From: Octopus sinensis
Taxonomy: Eukaryota
DNA length: 64,000 nucleotides
Assembly (NCBI RefSeq): GCF_006345805.1
Contig: NC_043006.1
Coordinates: forward strand, 10,416,001-10,480,000
Direction of reading: 5' to 3'
Shown: positions 11,473 through 25,593 of the stretch, in pieces
How positions within the stretch are numbered: the stretch's first letter is position 1
Layout of the letters: each line of letters begins with the position of its first letter
Made by a program: the position numbers and the translations under genes
The notes under the pieces: model-generated
Databases searched by the model: none
What the model saw: only the letters and a program-made list of their open reading frames with translations
Told to the model about the DNA's origin: nothing

Positions 11473-12104
11473 GGCATTTATATATAACATTTATATAAAC
11501 ACACATTCACACATATATACATATAAATATATCTGTGGGTATGTATATACGTATGTATGTATACTTATATTTCTGTTTAAAACACAAGTAACGTTAGTGC
11601 TACAATTATAAACATATAAGAAAACACGAAAATATGAATGCTGCCGATAAACCGAATAGCAATGGAAACACCAATAAACACACAAAAATGAAATAAATCA
11701 AGGTAGTCGTGTCATGCTGCAATGAACGCATGACTGATATCGCAGATTATATCAGCCATTTTGAGCAGATGCTGATGGTCTTAAGGAAACAAATATTTCA
11801 AGAACAAAAGCCGTTGGTGTAAAAGTTTTATTATAGATTATTTTGAGAAAATATGAAAGAAGCACATGTTATTGAATTACATGTTATTCGGTCCCGTGAA
11901 TTTTGCAGATTTTGAAGAAAACACGTCACTGCCAGAAAGGGAGACGTTTGTCGAATGCAAGTTATTTGGTAAAACAGAACTTTTCTGTTTAAAGATTTCG
12001 TGTTCTGTACGTTTCTAATAACATTCTTCTATACATAACTGCTCCCCGATGTTGTTAGTATAAAGACTAATCAGTAATACTTTGTATCTGACTGTCTTCA
12101 CATA

Positions 12105-12106
12105 GG

Positions 12107-12181
<75 letters not shown>

Positions 12182-12190
12182 GTAGACAGA
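12105..12190. repeat. (TAGA)n microsatellite
   Basis: Visible; similar runs at about 23537-23655 and 49136-49230. Confidence 0.95.
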
Positions 12191-12598
12191 CAGTCATTTC
12201 AGTGTGGCCATGCTGGGGCGTTGCTTTGAATAATTTTTAGTCAAATGACTCGAGAGTGGTATTTACATTTTCTATTTTAAGCCCGGTACTTATTCGACTG
12301 GTCTCTTTTGCCCAACCGCTAATTTACGGGGACGTAAACATCATAACACTGGTAATCAAGCGGTGATTTGGGTGAGAAATGCAGACACTGAGACAAAATG
12401 GCACATACACACACACACATACATATATATAATACGACAGGCTTCTTAGAGTTTCCGTCTACCACATCCAATCACAAGGCTTTGGTCGGCCCGATGTTAC
12501 GGTAGAATACACTAGACCAAGGCACCATGTTGTAGGACTGAACCAGGAACCATGTAGTTGGGAACCAATTTTTTGCCACCCAGTCACGCCAGCGCGTG
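12190..12598 (-). mobile_element. SINE family A, older diverged copy
   Basis: Collinear but diverged match to family A from tail to head. Confidence 0.75.
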
Positions 12599-12741
12599 TT
12601 TACGCCCATGCGTATTCAATTCTGGTATGCTGAGGTTTCACACGTAAGTTTTCTCTGAGGTATGTTAGTCCGGTAATTTGAGCTTTGTTTGGGAAGTGAT
12701 CAAGAACAGCGTGACCCTATGGATTTCACTACCAACACGTA

Positions 12742-13145
12742 ACTCTTTACTCTTTTACTTGTTTCAGTCATTTCACTGCGGCCATGCTGGAGCACTGCCT
12801 TTCGTCGAGCAAATCGACGCCGGGACTTATTCTTTATAAGCCCAGTACTTATTCTATCGGTCTCTTTTGCCGAACCGCTAAGTGACGGGGACGTAAACAC
12901 ACCAGCATCGGTTGTCAAGCAATGCTAGGGGGACAAACACAGACTCACAAACACATAAACACACATATATATATATACATATATACGACAGGCTTCTTTC
13001 AGTTTCCGTCTACCAAATCCACTCACCAGGCATTGGTCGGCCGGGGCTATAGCAGAAGACACTTGCCCAAGATGCCACGCAGTGGGACTGAACCCGGAAC
13101 CATGTGGTTGATTAGCAAGCTACTTACCACACAGCCACTCCTGCG
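12742..13145 (-). mobile_element. SINE family A, full length
   Basis: Close match to the 6300-6723 and 24513-24922 copies. Confidence 0.93.
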
Positions 13146-13662
13146 TAAGATATTGTTCTTTTCACTTTTCAGTAAGTTCACGTATTTATTTTCACTGCTG
13201 CTGTGTATCAAGTGGTATCTGAAAGAGACTATGTGGCAATAGAAGGTTGTCTACACTGATCTCCAACGTTTAGTTTCCAGTTGTTGTCCATATCTGATGG
13301 GTTTTAACATCTGTGGAATGGGTTTCTCTACAAAACATTCAACTATTCCAAATGTTGGGCTCAGCACAGATAGTGCAAAAGCCTTGTAGGTTGGCGTTTT
13401 GTTGAAAGATGAGATTTCTAGCTGTCATATTTTTCTAAGCCTGGGATCACTCTAACTTTAAAATTACGCACCTTCGTGGGATGGTTTCATCAATGCCTAG
13501 GTACATGTAGCATTCTTTGTGGGAAATGGGAGATAGTGAGAACATTGATTCACAGATTTGGGATCCAAGGTCTGATCTTGGACCGAATCCCATTGGCATA
13601 CACATACAAATATACACACATATATACACATACGTATATACAAAGGCATATACATATATATA

Positions 13663-13702
<40 letters not shown>

Positions 13703-14749
13703 TATATATATATACATACATACATATACACACACACACATAATTATATGGCGTGCAGTGGAGACACTCTAGTCATGCACTGCATGTCCGTTGATTCTTA
13801 TATAACTCAAAAGTTAATCTAAGAACATAATTTATTTATAACCACATTGAAAAGTTGTCCAAATAGTTACTCTGTTTCAAAGGAAACTCGTCCAGATTGA
13901 TACTTCGCTGTGTTTCCATTTCGCTTCCACTAGTCAAGTATAAAGAAAAACACCTATGAAATCTTTTCTGTGTCCCCCGTCCTCTTCCTATCTTGCAATA
14001 ACTATCATATCAATGCCTGTAAGAGTCTTTTTTTATCCCGATAAAATAACTTCGGAAGGCATGCTTTGAGAAAAACGCATGTTACATACAGCTTTGGCTT
14101 CTCCTCCCTTCGTATCAGTTCTTTACCCCCAAAAATTTGTTATTGATATCGTTAACGCGACAGGCTAACTGGTTGAATGGGTTTCACTTTTTGACACGTA
14201 AAAGTTCTGACCAAAACATATCAACAATCCAATAATTCTTAATTAGCTCAAATGTTGTCGTGACTTTGGAAATATCTATTTCGCCTTGGCGTAAGTTTTG
14301 AAATTATTATCATCAACCATCTGTATTGGACAAAAAAATTCTGAAATCAGAAATAAAATATAGCTAATTAATCTTTCGTTGATTTGCAAAAATTATCTTT
14401 CCGTTTTGTTGAAACTGATTTACAGTTCACGCTCACACTTACACCCACACACACCCACACCCACACCCACACTCACCCTCTCTATATAAAGAGAGAGAGT
14501 GGGAGAGAGAGATATGCATATACGTATATATCTTGTAGTTTTACAATATTGAATTTTCAGTGTCTTTCATTGTGTGTGTGTGTGTGTGTGTTTAGGTATA
14601 TGCGAGTATGTTCAATGTGCGCCCGCCTGTTTGGACGAGACGTAGTCTTTTAATGTACAGAGTACACTGCTCAAGTTGTGTGTCTATAATCTTCCAGAAA
14701 CTGGCGAGTAGCCTGATAAAGCAGTTGGTTTGTCCTTGACATCCTAACG

Positions 14750-15560
14750 GTTTAACTTAATAGCACCACCTGGCAAAGTCATCCAAATCAGGAATCGGAC
14801 GACATGGCCCAATCGAGAAGAGAGTTATTTTTTGCGGAGAGATATCCGGATGTAGCAGGTTTATCCGGGATTTTTTGAAGGAGTTTGTCCAACGACTTCT
14901 TGAAATTAATGGAGTCTGTTTTTCCTGTAATGTGATTTGAAGAGAGTGGGGTCAATTGAGATGAAATAATTGTGCCGTATTAGTGTTATGTGATGCAAAT
15001 ATGATTTATATTGTGGGCGGATAGCATGGATCTAAGTCTTGGTCAATGCTGATGAAATATTTTCTACATCATGCAGATGATGTAGCGCTCACGGCAAGGT
15101 TGGAGGGAATAAAGCTTGAGCTTTTCTAGTTGATCCCGATAGTAAAGGTCTGTCATGCTATCTATCTTTTTTGTAATTGACATTGGAGTTGCTTCAATTT
15201 TCCTGATACTTTGTGTCGTTAGGGGAGACCATAGTGGACACGGTATTCAAGGTGGGGTCGGACATAAGTAGAGAAAAGAAGGATAATGGAGTGGATATCT
15301 CTCGACTGGAAAGTCCTGAAGAACCAGGAACACATAGTTCGGGCCATGTCAACTTTGTTGTTTATATGAGCGGCTCAGCTTATATCGTTGTCCACAGTTA
15401 CTCCCCAGACTCTGATGTTGTTGGATGCCATGAGAGTTTCACCCAAAGGAAGGGAGTATATGATTCTCAGGGTATCCTCTTTTCCGAAGTGGATTAACTC
15501 AAGCTTGTTCTGATCCAGCAGCATGCTATTCTTTTGCAGCCATTGGATTATAGCCAGTAG
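14750..15560 (-). mobile_element. CR1-group LINE 3' fragment (subfamily of 45058-46895)
   Basis: NSMLLDQNKLELIHFG, RVWGVTVDNDIS, STYVRPHLEY; 3' UTR CAGGTGGTGCTATTAAGTTA shared with the copy ending at 46895. Confidence 0.85.
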
Positions 15561-15846
15561 ATACATACATATATATTTACACGATTAGCTTTTAATTTCC
15601 ATCTAACACATGACAAGGATTTGTCCGGCAAAACGCTATACAATAAGACACCTAGACTGATTTTGGGGCCATACTGTTAGGGACCAAATTCTTACAACAC
15701 ACACGCGCGCATAGATATATGTGTGTGCGATGGGGTATGTATATATATATATATGTATATAATGAGAACGGCCAGAGAATGGGATTGTATAGAATTTGTT
15801 AATAAGAACTTATCATATCTGTATATTACGCTAAACTTATACTTAC

Positions 15847-15925
15847 CATTTCCGTAAATTTTGTATAGTCTATCAAATGTAAACGTAAAGCTACGATGAA
15901 TTACAATTGGCGAGAAACTGAACTC
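15847..15925 (-). other. Candidate 79-nt exon of an unidentified minus-strand transcript
   Basis: Acceptor TTGTTCTGTGCTTATACCAG|GAG and donor AATG|GTAAGTA; one open frame; no recognisable protein. Confidence 0.3.
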
Positions 15926-16282
15926 CTGGTATAAGCACAGAACAATGTAGTTACATATAGAAAGGTGAAAGTAGTATTTTAGATTTATGAGATTTCCCTT
16001 GTAAGAGTATGACCTCTTTCATTGTTTCTGAAAAGTTTGATTTGAATTATTCGTCCTTTCAAACTACCTTCTCACCAGCACATTAATATTCATCCGTCGA
16101 TCGACTTATCAAGATTATTAATAAAGCCATCGTCCCCTGCCTCTGGTTGATTCAACATATATACACAGAAAATATGATCAGATATATATACGTCAATATA
16201 TACGTCAGTTTGTGTAAATGTGAATAGATAGATTGATAGATAGATAGATAGATACATACATACATACATACACACACACACA

Positions 16283-16320
<38 letters not shown>

Positions 16321-16374
16321 GCATATGTATAATGTTCATATATTTGCATATATTTATAAACACACACACACATT

Positions 16375-16438
<64 letters not shown>

Positions 16439-16959
16439 AGAGCAAATGCGTACACTTTTGTACAGGCACTACTGCAGGGTTTCTTGTGCACATACACATG
16501 TGTATATATCTACTTACGTGTATACCTATGCCAATATTTTGTTTTGTATATGTGTGTGTGTTCAGTGCGGACTTATATCTGCATCGACACGTATTAATTA
16601 GATTGATACAAAGCGTTGAATAAAGATGCAAATTACACGAGGAACAAAGTGCATTAAAATTTGAAATTAATATTGATAGTATATATTTACATTAAAATAA
16701 CTGTTCGTACAGCATAGTATATTCTGTGCATAATTCTTCTTCGACCTGAGCTGCTTAAGCTGACATCGTGCCAGTCAATGAAAAAATCTATATATCGTCA
16801 TGCATTTGACCCACTCAAATACATGCTTACATATATATATGCGCGCACCGTGTGTATGAATGCAAGGATATATATTGAGGGCGCGATGAATAAGGCATTT
16901 GTCTAAATTACGCAGAAATGGAAATAATACTGATATCTCAATTTAACATATATATTTGC

Positions 16960-17575
16960 CTAAATTACATTAAAATATCCTGAGTACATTTATTCAATAA
17001 AATCGCCGTTGGCTTCAACCACGTTTTCCTGATGATTTTGGAATCTCCTGCAACTCTTCTGAACGGTCTCCCTGCTTAAGTTGATGAATGCTGCTATAAT
17101 CTTTTCCTTCAGTTCATCTTTGGTATTACAAGGAATTTCATTGGTCTGTTGCTCAAGTGCACCCCACTCATAATAATCAAACGGGTTGCAGCCTGGGGAG
17201 TTAAGTACCCAGGATAGTGTGGTTAGGGATAGTGTGGTTGCAGAAATTGTCTGGCAGACTTGACTAGGTTCTTCAGCTTGTGTGGCATGATACATAGTCT
17301 TGTTGGCAGACATAGAGTCTTCCAAAAGCCACTCTCTTGACCTAGGGCCACACTACCACCTCCAAGCACTTGATATAGACCTCCGCGTTGAGTGTGAGGC
17401 CGTGTGTGAAGATGAATGTAGGCATAACACCGGCGTCATTCTTGATCACTCGAAACTCCATGATATTGACTGGATGTTTGATTTTTAACATTCTCGATAC
17501 ATTTTCGTATTGGAGCTTCCGGCGTGATTGCCAAGCAGTAGAGTATGCCGTTTCCAAATTTCTCACATAGTGAAT
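16960..17575 (-). mobile_element. Tc1/mariner (maT-like) transposase C-terminal remnant
   Basis: GVMPTFIFTHGLTLNAEVYIKCLEVVV and SPGCNPFDYYEWG..TKDELK..VVEANGDFIE*. Confidence 0.88.
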
Positions 17576-17778
17576 TGCGTCATGGTGCTGTTTTTTTCTC
17601 ACAGACGGTTCCCAACTTATGCTACGACAATGTGTAGTTGACAAAATCAAAAACAAGCAATCTGCGATATATAAAATATAACACGCCGACAATTTACCCA
17701 TTACACCCTGTGCAAATAATATATATAGAGAGACATATATACATACATATATATGTATGTATATATGTTATATATATA

Positions 17779-17960
17779 TTTTTTCTCCCTGTCTTCCCTT
17801 CTCGGGATCTTTCCTTCTCCTATGTTTCCGACGAAGAGCTCCGCTCGAAACGTTAAACCCTCCTTCTTCCCTTCTTTCCTGGGCGTCCAATAATACTTTA
17901 TTTGTTCCACGTCCTTGCGTTGCTGTGTTTTTTTGTTTTCTTGTTTGGATTAACTTTATA
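17779..17960 (+). mobile_element. Dispersed PLE-like terminal repeat with minimal hammerhead (copy 2, best preserved)
   Basis: GTTT-CCGACGA-A-GAGC-TCC-GCTC-GAAA-CG-TT-AAAC at 17824-17859; flanked by (TA)n. Confidence 0.85.
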
Positions 17961-18020
17961 TATATATATATATATACATGTGTGTATGTATGTATATGTA
18001 CATGTGTGTATGTATGTATG

Positions 18021-18084
<64 letters not shown>

Positions 18085-18129
18085 CTGCGCTTCGTGGGTT
18101 GTGTGTTGAGAGATGTGGAAGATTATTTA

Positions 18130-18650
18130 CCGTACTCTGAGTCTGTCTCGCATTTCGTGAAACTTGGATGTCGATTTCTTTATCCTGTCTATTCCATTAT
18201 CAATTAATGATGATGGGTACCGTCTTTCAAGTAGAATTTCGAGTAGAATTTCTGAGTTTCATAATTTGAGACAGTTGTACAAATTCTTCTAGCTAGATTA
18301 AAACGAATGTTTTCCTTCGTCTGCTTTGTATGGTCAAAGGTGAACAGAATGTATTATTTGCAATCAGTTGGTGTGTAATGAGCATCAGTTTCGATGTTTG
18401 TGCCTTTTTTCTATGATTAAAATGTCTAGAAACGGGAGTTTGTTTTGACTATATTCCTTCGTAAATTGGATATGATTGTTGATGCCCATAATTAGGTTTT
18501 TGAATTCACTGAGTTGGTCGAATGTGTGAGAACATAGAATGAGGCAATCATCGAAATATCGTTTCCAATTCTCTAACAGGTACTTGTAGTAGTTCAAGCC
18601 GTAGTTCATATATTTGTACTTCTATGTAGGCCGCGTATGAGTGGTTCTAA
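18130..18650 (-). pseudogene. Penelope-like reverse transcriptase remnant
   Basis: WKRYFDDCLIL, IQFTKEYSQNKLPFLDILI, ETDAHYTPTD, NIRFNLARRICT. Confidence 0.85.
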
Positions 18651-19409
18651 TGGAGGTCAGTGTAAGCATTTGTTCAAGAGCGCAAGCAGAAAAGCTAGCA
18701 ACTATTGGAGAAGTGTTGGCATGAAACGGTTAGAAACTAATTTAGAATACAAACATAAAAGCTAAAATTATGCAAAATTTGAAAAATAAAAATCAAACTA
18801 TTTATCTTTGTTAGAAAATACAAAAACATTATGTATGCTAATTCTCAAATGAATAATTAAAAGCGTGTAGTTTTTATAATTACTTATTTCAGTAAAGTTT
18901 ATGCCATGCGGAATCTTGATACGTGGGCAGAATAATGTTTGTTTGAATGTACTTATATATAAATATTTTGCGAAGTGTCTGGCAAATATCTAAGGTGACA
19001 TTTATGAAAACATATTAAAATGTTTAGTTTGAGTCTAAACGAGAAGTCAATGGACCGACTGCTTTATAGATTATCCTCTACGCTGCTATCATATATGTTC
19101 ATCGGAAAGAATAAAACAGCTATGAAAGATGTACTTTTACAGTATTGACAATGGAGACTTGAATATGAATTTATTAAACTTATGTATTTACAGAGGCCGG
19201 AAGGCAAATAATAAGATTTTATATTTGAATAAGGAAGAACACAAAAATTGTGTGTGCCAACGAAGAAAGACTGGATTTCCTTATCACTTTATATCAGAGT
19301 AACTACTACACTAAAACTCTAACAAGTTAAAACATCTCAGTATATGTAAATATTAAATTGGCCAAAATGTTTGTTCGCTTTTTAAAGGAGAATATGACTC
19401 GAGTTGTGA

Positions 19410-19719
19410 GGAGGCGCAATGGTCCAGTGATTAGGGCAGCAGATTCGCGGTCGGAGGATCGCGGTTTCGATTCTCAGACCGGGCGTTGCGTGTGTTTATT
19501 GAGCGAAAACGCCTAAAAGCTCCACGAGGCTCCGGCAGGGGGTGGTGGTGACCCCTGTTGTACTCTTTCGCCACAACTTTCTCTCACTCTCTCTCTCTTC
19601 CTGTTTCCTGAGTAACGCTGCGATGGACTGGCATCCCGTCCAGCTGAGGGAGGTGGAACACATACGCCACAGACACCGGGAAACCGGGCCCATGAGCCTG
19701 GCTAGGCTTGAAAAGGGCG
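19410..19719 (+). mobile_element. SINE family C, full length
   Basis: tRNA-like head, CTGCGATGGACTGGCATCCCGTCCAG segment, ends GGCTTGAAAAGGGCG. Confidence 0.88.
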
Positions 19720-20144
19720 AGAAAAAAAATGACCCAAGTTGTAAACATAATGCAATTTATTCACAATCAATTATATAATCGCAGTTTAGTTTCAATATCT
19801 TCTGCTAACTTTTGGGCAGCTCCATCATTCCCTGTGCAAAAAAAATTCTTGCCTTAACTGAGAAAGAGCTCATCCAAGTGAACTTTTACATCTTATTCAG
19901 AGTTAAAGATCTTTCCATTCAAGGAATTTTCAGGAGACCGCGAGCGAACATTTCCGTTGATGAATTATATCTCTAGTCATCTAATTAGCTTTCTCCTTCC
20001 GGATTTGCAGAATAGTAATTTCCCATTATTGGAACTTTGACAGTTATATAAATATACCAGTGTCCCAGTAATTACGAGTACAAAGTTAAACTTGCAGTCC
20101 GAGTGGAATTTGTTCACGTACCTATGCTTTAAACTATATAAAGC

Positions 20145-20526
20145 ACTAGCAGTATCGCCCGGCGTTGCTCGGGTTTGTAAGGGAAATAACTATATAAGCA
20201 TTTTTAGAGATGTAAAGTATAATAGCCATCTCAATATGGCTAACCACAAAGGGGGGGGGGGTTACTGTAGCTTTTTACGTTCTGAGATTTAATAATAAAT
20301 TTTTAGAGAGTTACTTCCCTTATATATGCCAAAAATGCATTAAAAATGTTTTTTTTTTAATCGTAGACTCATCGTAGACGCGCGCTAATACCCAGAAGGG
20401 CTCGATATGAATCTCGACTATAAGATACCCAGTTTTGGTTAAACTGCACCGCAATATGTGGGAGTAGTTAGGAATCTAAATAGAAGGGGACAGACAGCAC
20501 ACAACCTCACTTTTATATATAAAGAT
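20145..20526 (+). mobile_element. Helentron-associated non-autonomous element (HINE/DINE-1-like)
   Basis: 5' ACTAGCAGTATCGCCCGGCGTTGCTCGGG, internal inverted repeat AAGGGAAATAACT / AGTTACTTCCCTT, 3' GGACAGACAG..TTTTATATATAAAGAT. Confidence 0.75.
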
Positions 20527-20699
20527 TAACAATGACTATGCTCAGTGTGTTCCATCTATATATAGGGCGCAGAGTCCACATCCTATGTTATTTAAAATTA
20601 TGAATTCAGTCTGGCCATATTGGCGTTGGGAACCCAGTGTGGAACTATTTCTTCAGGCTGATTTCTTTTGGTATACTCTATATATGTGTCTTGGTGTGT

Positions 20700-20762
20700 A
20701 TGTTTGTGTGTGTGTGTGTGCATGTATTTCTCTCTCCTATTCTCTCCCTCTCTCTCCCTCTC

Positions 20763-20795
<33 letters not shown>

Positions 20796-20807
20796 AACAC
20801 ACACACA

Positions 20808-20864
<57 letters not shown>

Positions 20865-20884
20865 CTATATATATATATATATAC

Positions 20885-20949
<65 letters not shown>

Positions 20950-21004
20950 TGCATGCACGTTCTTGTGTATATGTTTGCTTTTATAAATATATATATATGT
21001 ATAT

Positions 21005-21050
<46 letters not shown>

Positions 21051-21065
21051 ATATATATATTTGTG

Positions 21066-21105
<40 letters not shown>
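20700..21105. repeat. Compound (TG)n/(CT)n/(TA)n microsatellite
   Basis: Visible. Confidence 0.95.
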
Positions 21106-21110
<5 letters not shown>

Positions 21111-21316
21111 ATATAATTATAAACAGGGCAAATTTATGCAATTTCTCTGCAGACTGAAAAAATGAGGAACACTCTTAACGATTTTTGAACATTATTGGTT
21201 TCTCGTCAGAGACGCCTACACATTCTGACAGTCTCCAGAAAGAAATTCTTTCTTCTTTCTTCAAAGAAATTCTTTAAAATATTAGTAAATATAGTGAGAA
21301 AGTTCCGCAATATCTT

Positions 21317-21545
21317 TTTCTTTACTACCCACAAGGGGCTAAACACAGAGAGGACAAACAAGGACAGACAAAGGGATTAAGTCGATTACATCAACCCCAG
21401 TGCACAACTGGTACTTAATTTATCGACCCCGAAAGGATGAAAGGCAAAGTCGATCTCGGCGGAATTTGAACTCAGAACGTAACGGCAGACGTTATACGGC
21501 CACGCATTTCGCCCGGCGTGCTAACGTTTCTGCCAGCTCGCCCGC
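21317..21545 (-). mobile_element. tRNA-derived SINE family B (central domain resembling Meta/MESC)
   Basis: Minus strand reads GCGAGCTGGCAGAAACGTTAGCACGCC..GTTCAAATTCCGCC, then GCCTTTCATCCTTTCGGGGTCGATAAATTAAGTACCAG. Domain name recalled, not verified. Confidence 0.88.
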
Positions 21546-23500
21546 AATATCGCTGTACTGAGGATATTTTATTTTCAAATTATGTGGGATGTGATAAACA
21601 AGTGAAAATATAAGATCTCTTGTCGTAAACACGATTGTCAAGGAGTGCGAGTTTGATTATCGGAGGAATTATTTTGTCAATAATGTGTACAGCTATCGTT
21701 CAACAGACACTGATGCATTAACATAGCAAGAATTCAAGCTGAGAGGACACATGACACAAAATATTACCAGAGGTGGAATACAGAAAATACAGAATACAAT
21801 GACAAAGGTTGTTCTGCTGAAAGTTTCGGTTTTTAAAACATAGTTCTTCGATCGGGCCAAAGAAACACCTAAATTATTCAAAGTTCATGTTCTGAGATCA
21901 TGCCTTTCTTCCACAACACAATGAATTAAAAATATAAATATGATTTTAAAGATAATTGATATAGAAAATTGTCCATTCCTTCGTATTTGCTTATTTATAT
22001 AATTCGATATATTTCTAGCCATAACTGAAAAGAAGCAGCCTCTATTTTAGATGATGCTATACATAATAAAACCGGCAAGTATTTTCTATATTTGTTCAAT
22101 ATATCTTATTTAAATATTTACACATTCCCCTTTTTTTTTCCATCATAAAATCTTTCTGCTGATAACTGAATCAAGTTTAGTGGACGGATTTCAATAGCAA
22201 ACTAAAAGGCATGCGTAAAGCTGCAAAATAGAAGAGAAAAATAGTGCTCTATTTGAAACAGAAATAGAGTCGCTTAACAAATATATTTGTAAGCCCCAGA
22301 TATATCTCGTATTCTGTTACCAATAGGGAAGGCGGAATTTTCCGCGAAATATCTCAGAGTCTTACACTTATTCGAAGTTTGCAAACATACTGTATGTATA
22401 TATATATATATATATATATGCCTCTTTGCGTATTTGTATGGGGATGAGTATTTGTGTATGACTGTGTGTCTAGATGTGTTCAAAAGAGCAAACGTTTAAT
22501 TTACTTATCACTGAAAGCAATTACCCACTTTATGTAACATTGGAAAATCTGATAGTCGAGACAAAAAGCTAAAAGTCTAGTGCTGTCTAGGTATATATAT
22601 GTGCGTATGCGTGTTCGTGCGTTGTATGTGTGCATTATTCCCACTGAGTTTAACTTGAAGTGCTACAATTCAATAAATGGTTATTTTATTACGAAGTCTC
22701 GCGGGAAGTAGTAATGATGGACGAGTTGTTGAAATGTTTTCACTTCTCTTCAGAGATAAACATCCAAGATAGATTTGTTCTGATATTAACACAATGTATT
22801 TGCTAAGATAGCAGCTGATATACCGACAAGCATATAATAGCTCTACTATATATATATATATTGTCGCTGAATCTATTTTTGTGAAACTGACAACTGATGA
22901 CAAAACTCTAGCGCCAGTCAGCAGATGTCTGCACAGAATAAACTGTAGAGGTGGATAGATTTCTACACCCTGAAGAACTGGACAGAAATAATTTACTGTG
23001 TACGTGTGTGTGCGAGCGCGTGTGGTTCCGACTATGTTTAAATATGTGTATGTAGGTGTTGTGTTCGACTACGCATGCGTATATAAACATACATATATAA
23101 CCGTTCGTTTGTATGTGTATCTGCGTGTGTGAATGTATATGTGTATGTATGTATGTATATATATATATATGTATATCAGTTTTGGATTTGGTTTACAAGA
23201 TTTTATATGTGAGTTCGTGAGTTGAAGCATTTTCTGTTGTGTCGGGGGAGAGTCATTCTCTTTTGGTGGCTTATAATTTAACACCCGCACCGGAAAATTT
23301 CCACTCATTTCGTTTTCATTTTTCTAAAATCTTTAAATTTTCGCTGCATTTTGCAGCCTTTTCAATAGTTTTAATCGAAAAGTGTTGAAAAGGTTGAAAG
23401 TCGCACCGAACAGTTTAGAAAAATAAGAAATTTTACCGGTAAATGTGTTAAATTATAAGGCACCAAAGGAGAATGGGTCTCCCCAGACACAACAGTATAT

Positions 23501-23648
<148 letters not shown>

Positions 23649-24512
23649 TGATAGATAGAAAGATATTAATGTATATAGTACTGTTAATTGCCACTTTAAC
23701 GTAAGTGTTCTCTGCTATGAGATGATACTGCTGTTTTAACCCGAGGAACATATCTCCTCCAGCTGGTTTATGCAGTGCACGGTGGCACTCGATATTCATT
23801 GCAAGCGGGAGAGGACTCCAACCGCCCTAGGTGTGAGACAACCGGATCACATAATTTCGATCTTATTGGATCATTTCACCGGTCTGTCTGTACTCGATCG
23901 CCAGGTATGGCATCAGTCTAACCACAGAAAATACAGTGCCATACAATCACTGATCTTGTAACAAGCAAATTAGCCCGTTAGAATATCTCTGCTCTTGATA
24001 GAGGCAGTCTCACGTAATCACGTGACCGAGCAGGCTATCTGACGTTGTTACACATCTCTGATCACAATACATTTTACATTGTTGTAGCCTTCGAATGACG
24101 CCACTCCGCTAGCAATGCGAGCAGGCCAAATCTATTCTCTCCTGAAAAGAGCCAGGAGCAACGTGAAATAAAGTATTTTGCACAAGAACCCAACGTGCCA
24201 CCAATAAATTGTTTTGCTCAAGAACACAACACGCCCTTCTTTGTCGGGCTTTCCAACAGAAAACATGCAGTATACAAACCAAATTTTAGTGTCCATGGCC
24301 AATTTAACGTAGATGTTGTCTGAGAGCCGACCATACAGCTATTTGAACCCAGGAAGACATCTCCTCCACTGGTTTATTCAGCGCAAACTCGCACTCTGTA
24401 TTCGTTCATCTGTGTGTATGTGTATTTGTATACTAATATATGTGCATACATATTTACACAGGTGTGACTAGCTGTTTTCTTCCCATCTGTGTGTGTGTGA
24501 GCGTATGTATAT

Positions 24513-24922
24513 TACTCTTTTTCTTTTTACTTGTTTCAGTCATTTGACTGCGGCCATGCTGGAGCACCGCCTTTAGTCTAGCAAATCAACCCCGGGACTT
24601 ATTCTTTGTAAGCCCAGTACTCATTCTATCGGTCCCTTTTGCTGAACCGCTAAGTGACGGGGACGTAAACACACCAGCATCGGTTGTCAAGCAATGCTAG
24701 GGGAACAAACACAGACACACAAACATATTCACACACACTTATATATATATACATATATACGACAGGCTTCTTTCGGTTTCCGTCTACCAAATCCACTCAC
24801 AAGGCATTGGTCAGCCCGGGGCTATAGCAGAAGACACTTGCCCAAGATGCCACGCAGTGGGACTGAACCCGGAACCATGTGGTTGGTTAGCAAGCTACTT
24901 ACCACACAGCCACTCCTGCGCC
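24513..24922 (-). mobile_element. SINE family A, full length
   Basis: Close match to the other full copies. Confidence 0.93.
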
Positions 24923-25533
24923 TATATACGTATACATAGACATACACACCTATATGCTTCAGGGAATATATTTCAGAGCAAGTTGAAAAAATTGTCCAGG
25001 AAATAGAAACAACTGTTTTGTTAACACCAAAAATTAGATTTATTTCCCCAGTTACAGCTTCGTAGTTCCTCTGTCATAATTCTCTCCATCCAACAAGGCA
25101 GTGTAAACAGTGAGGTTCCACTGGGAATCTTTGTAACCTGTGAGTAACCTGTGTGGGCTATTGTATAAAAAATGCTTTTAAAAAACAAGCTTAAATACTA
25201 TTGCTGAAGGCATGCTATGTACAACAATAAGCCATCGTTATTCACAGACATGACGTTGTCATGCACTTTTAAATGAGATGAGGTGCAAGAGAGGAGACTC
25301 TGTCAAGTGGTCAGGTTGACTATTCTCGTTTTGAGGGATTTCCAGAAAATCCTTTCGGTATTTCAACCACGCCCCTTCTGAGGGCGTGGCTGAGATACCA
25401 AAAATATTTCCTTCGTTGAATTTCATTTCGTTCATTTATTGTTTACGCGACTTCCTGTATACTGCCCACGCTCCTTTTTTTTATAAAAGCTTAGTTGCTA
25501 ATGACGAAATCATCATAAATATTATTATTATTA

Positions 25534-25571
<38 letters not shown>

Positions 25572-25593
25572 ATTATTATTATTATCATTATTA

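Noticed and set aside
13150-13460. Possible APE endonuclease remnant (VGVLLK)
   Set aside because: One short motif only; insufficient evidence.
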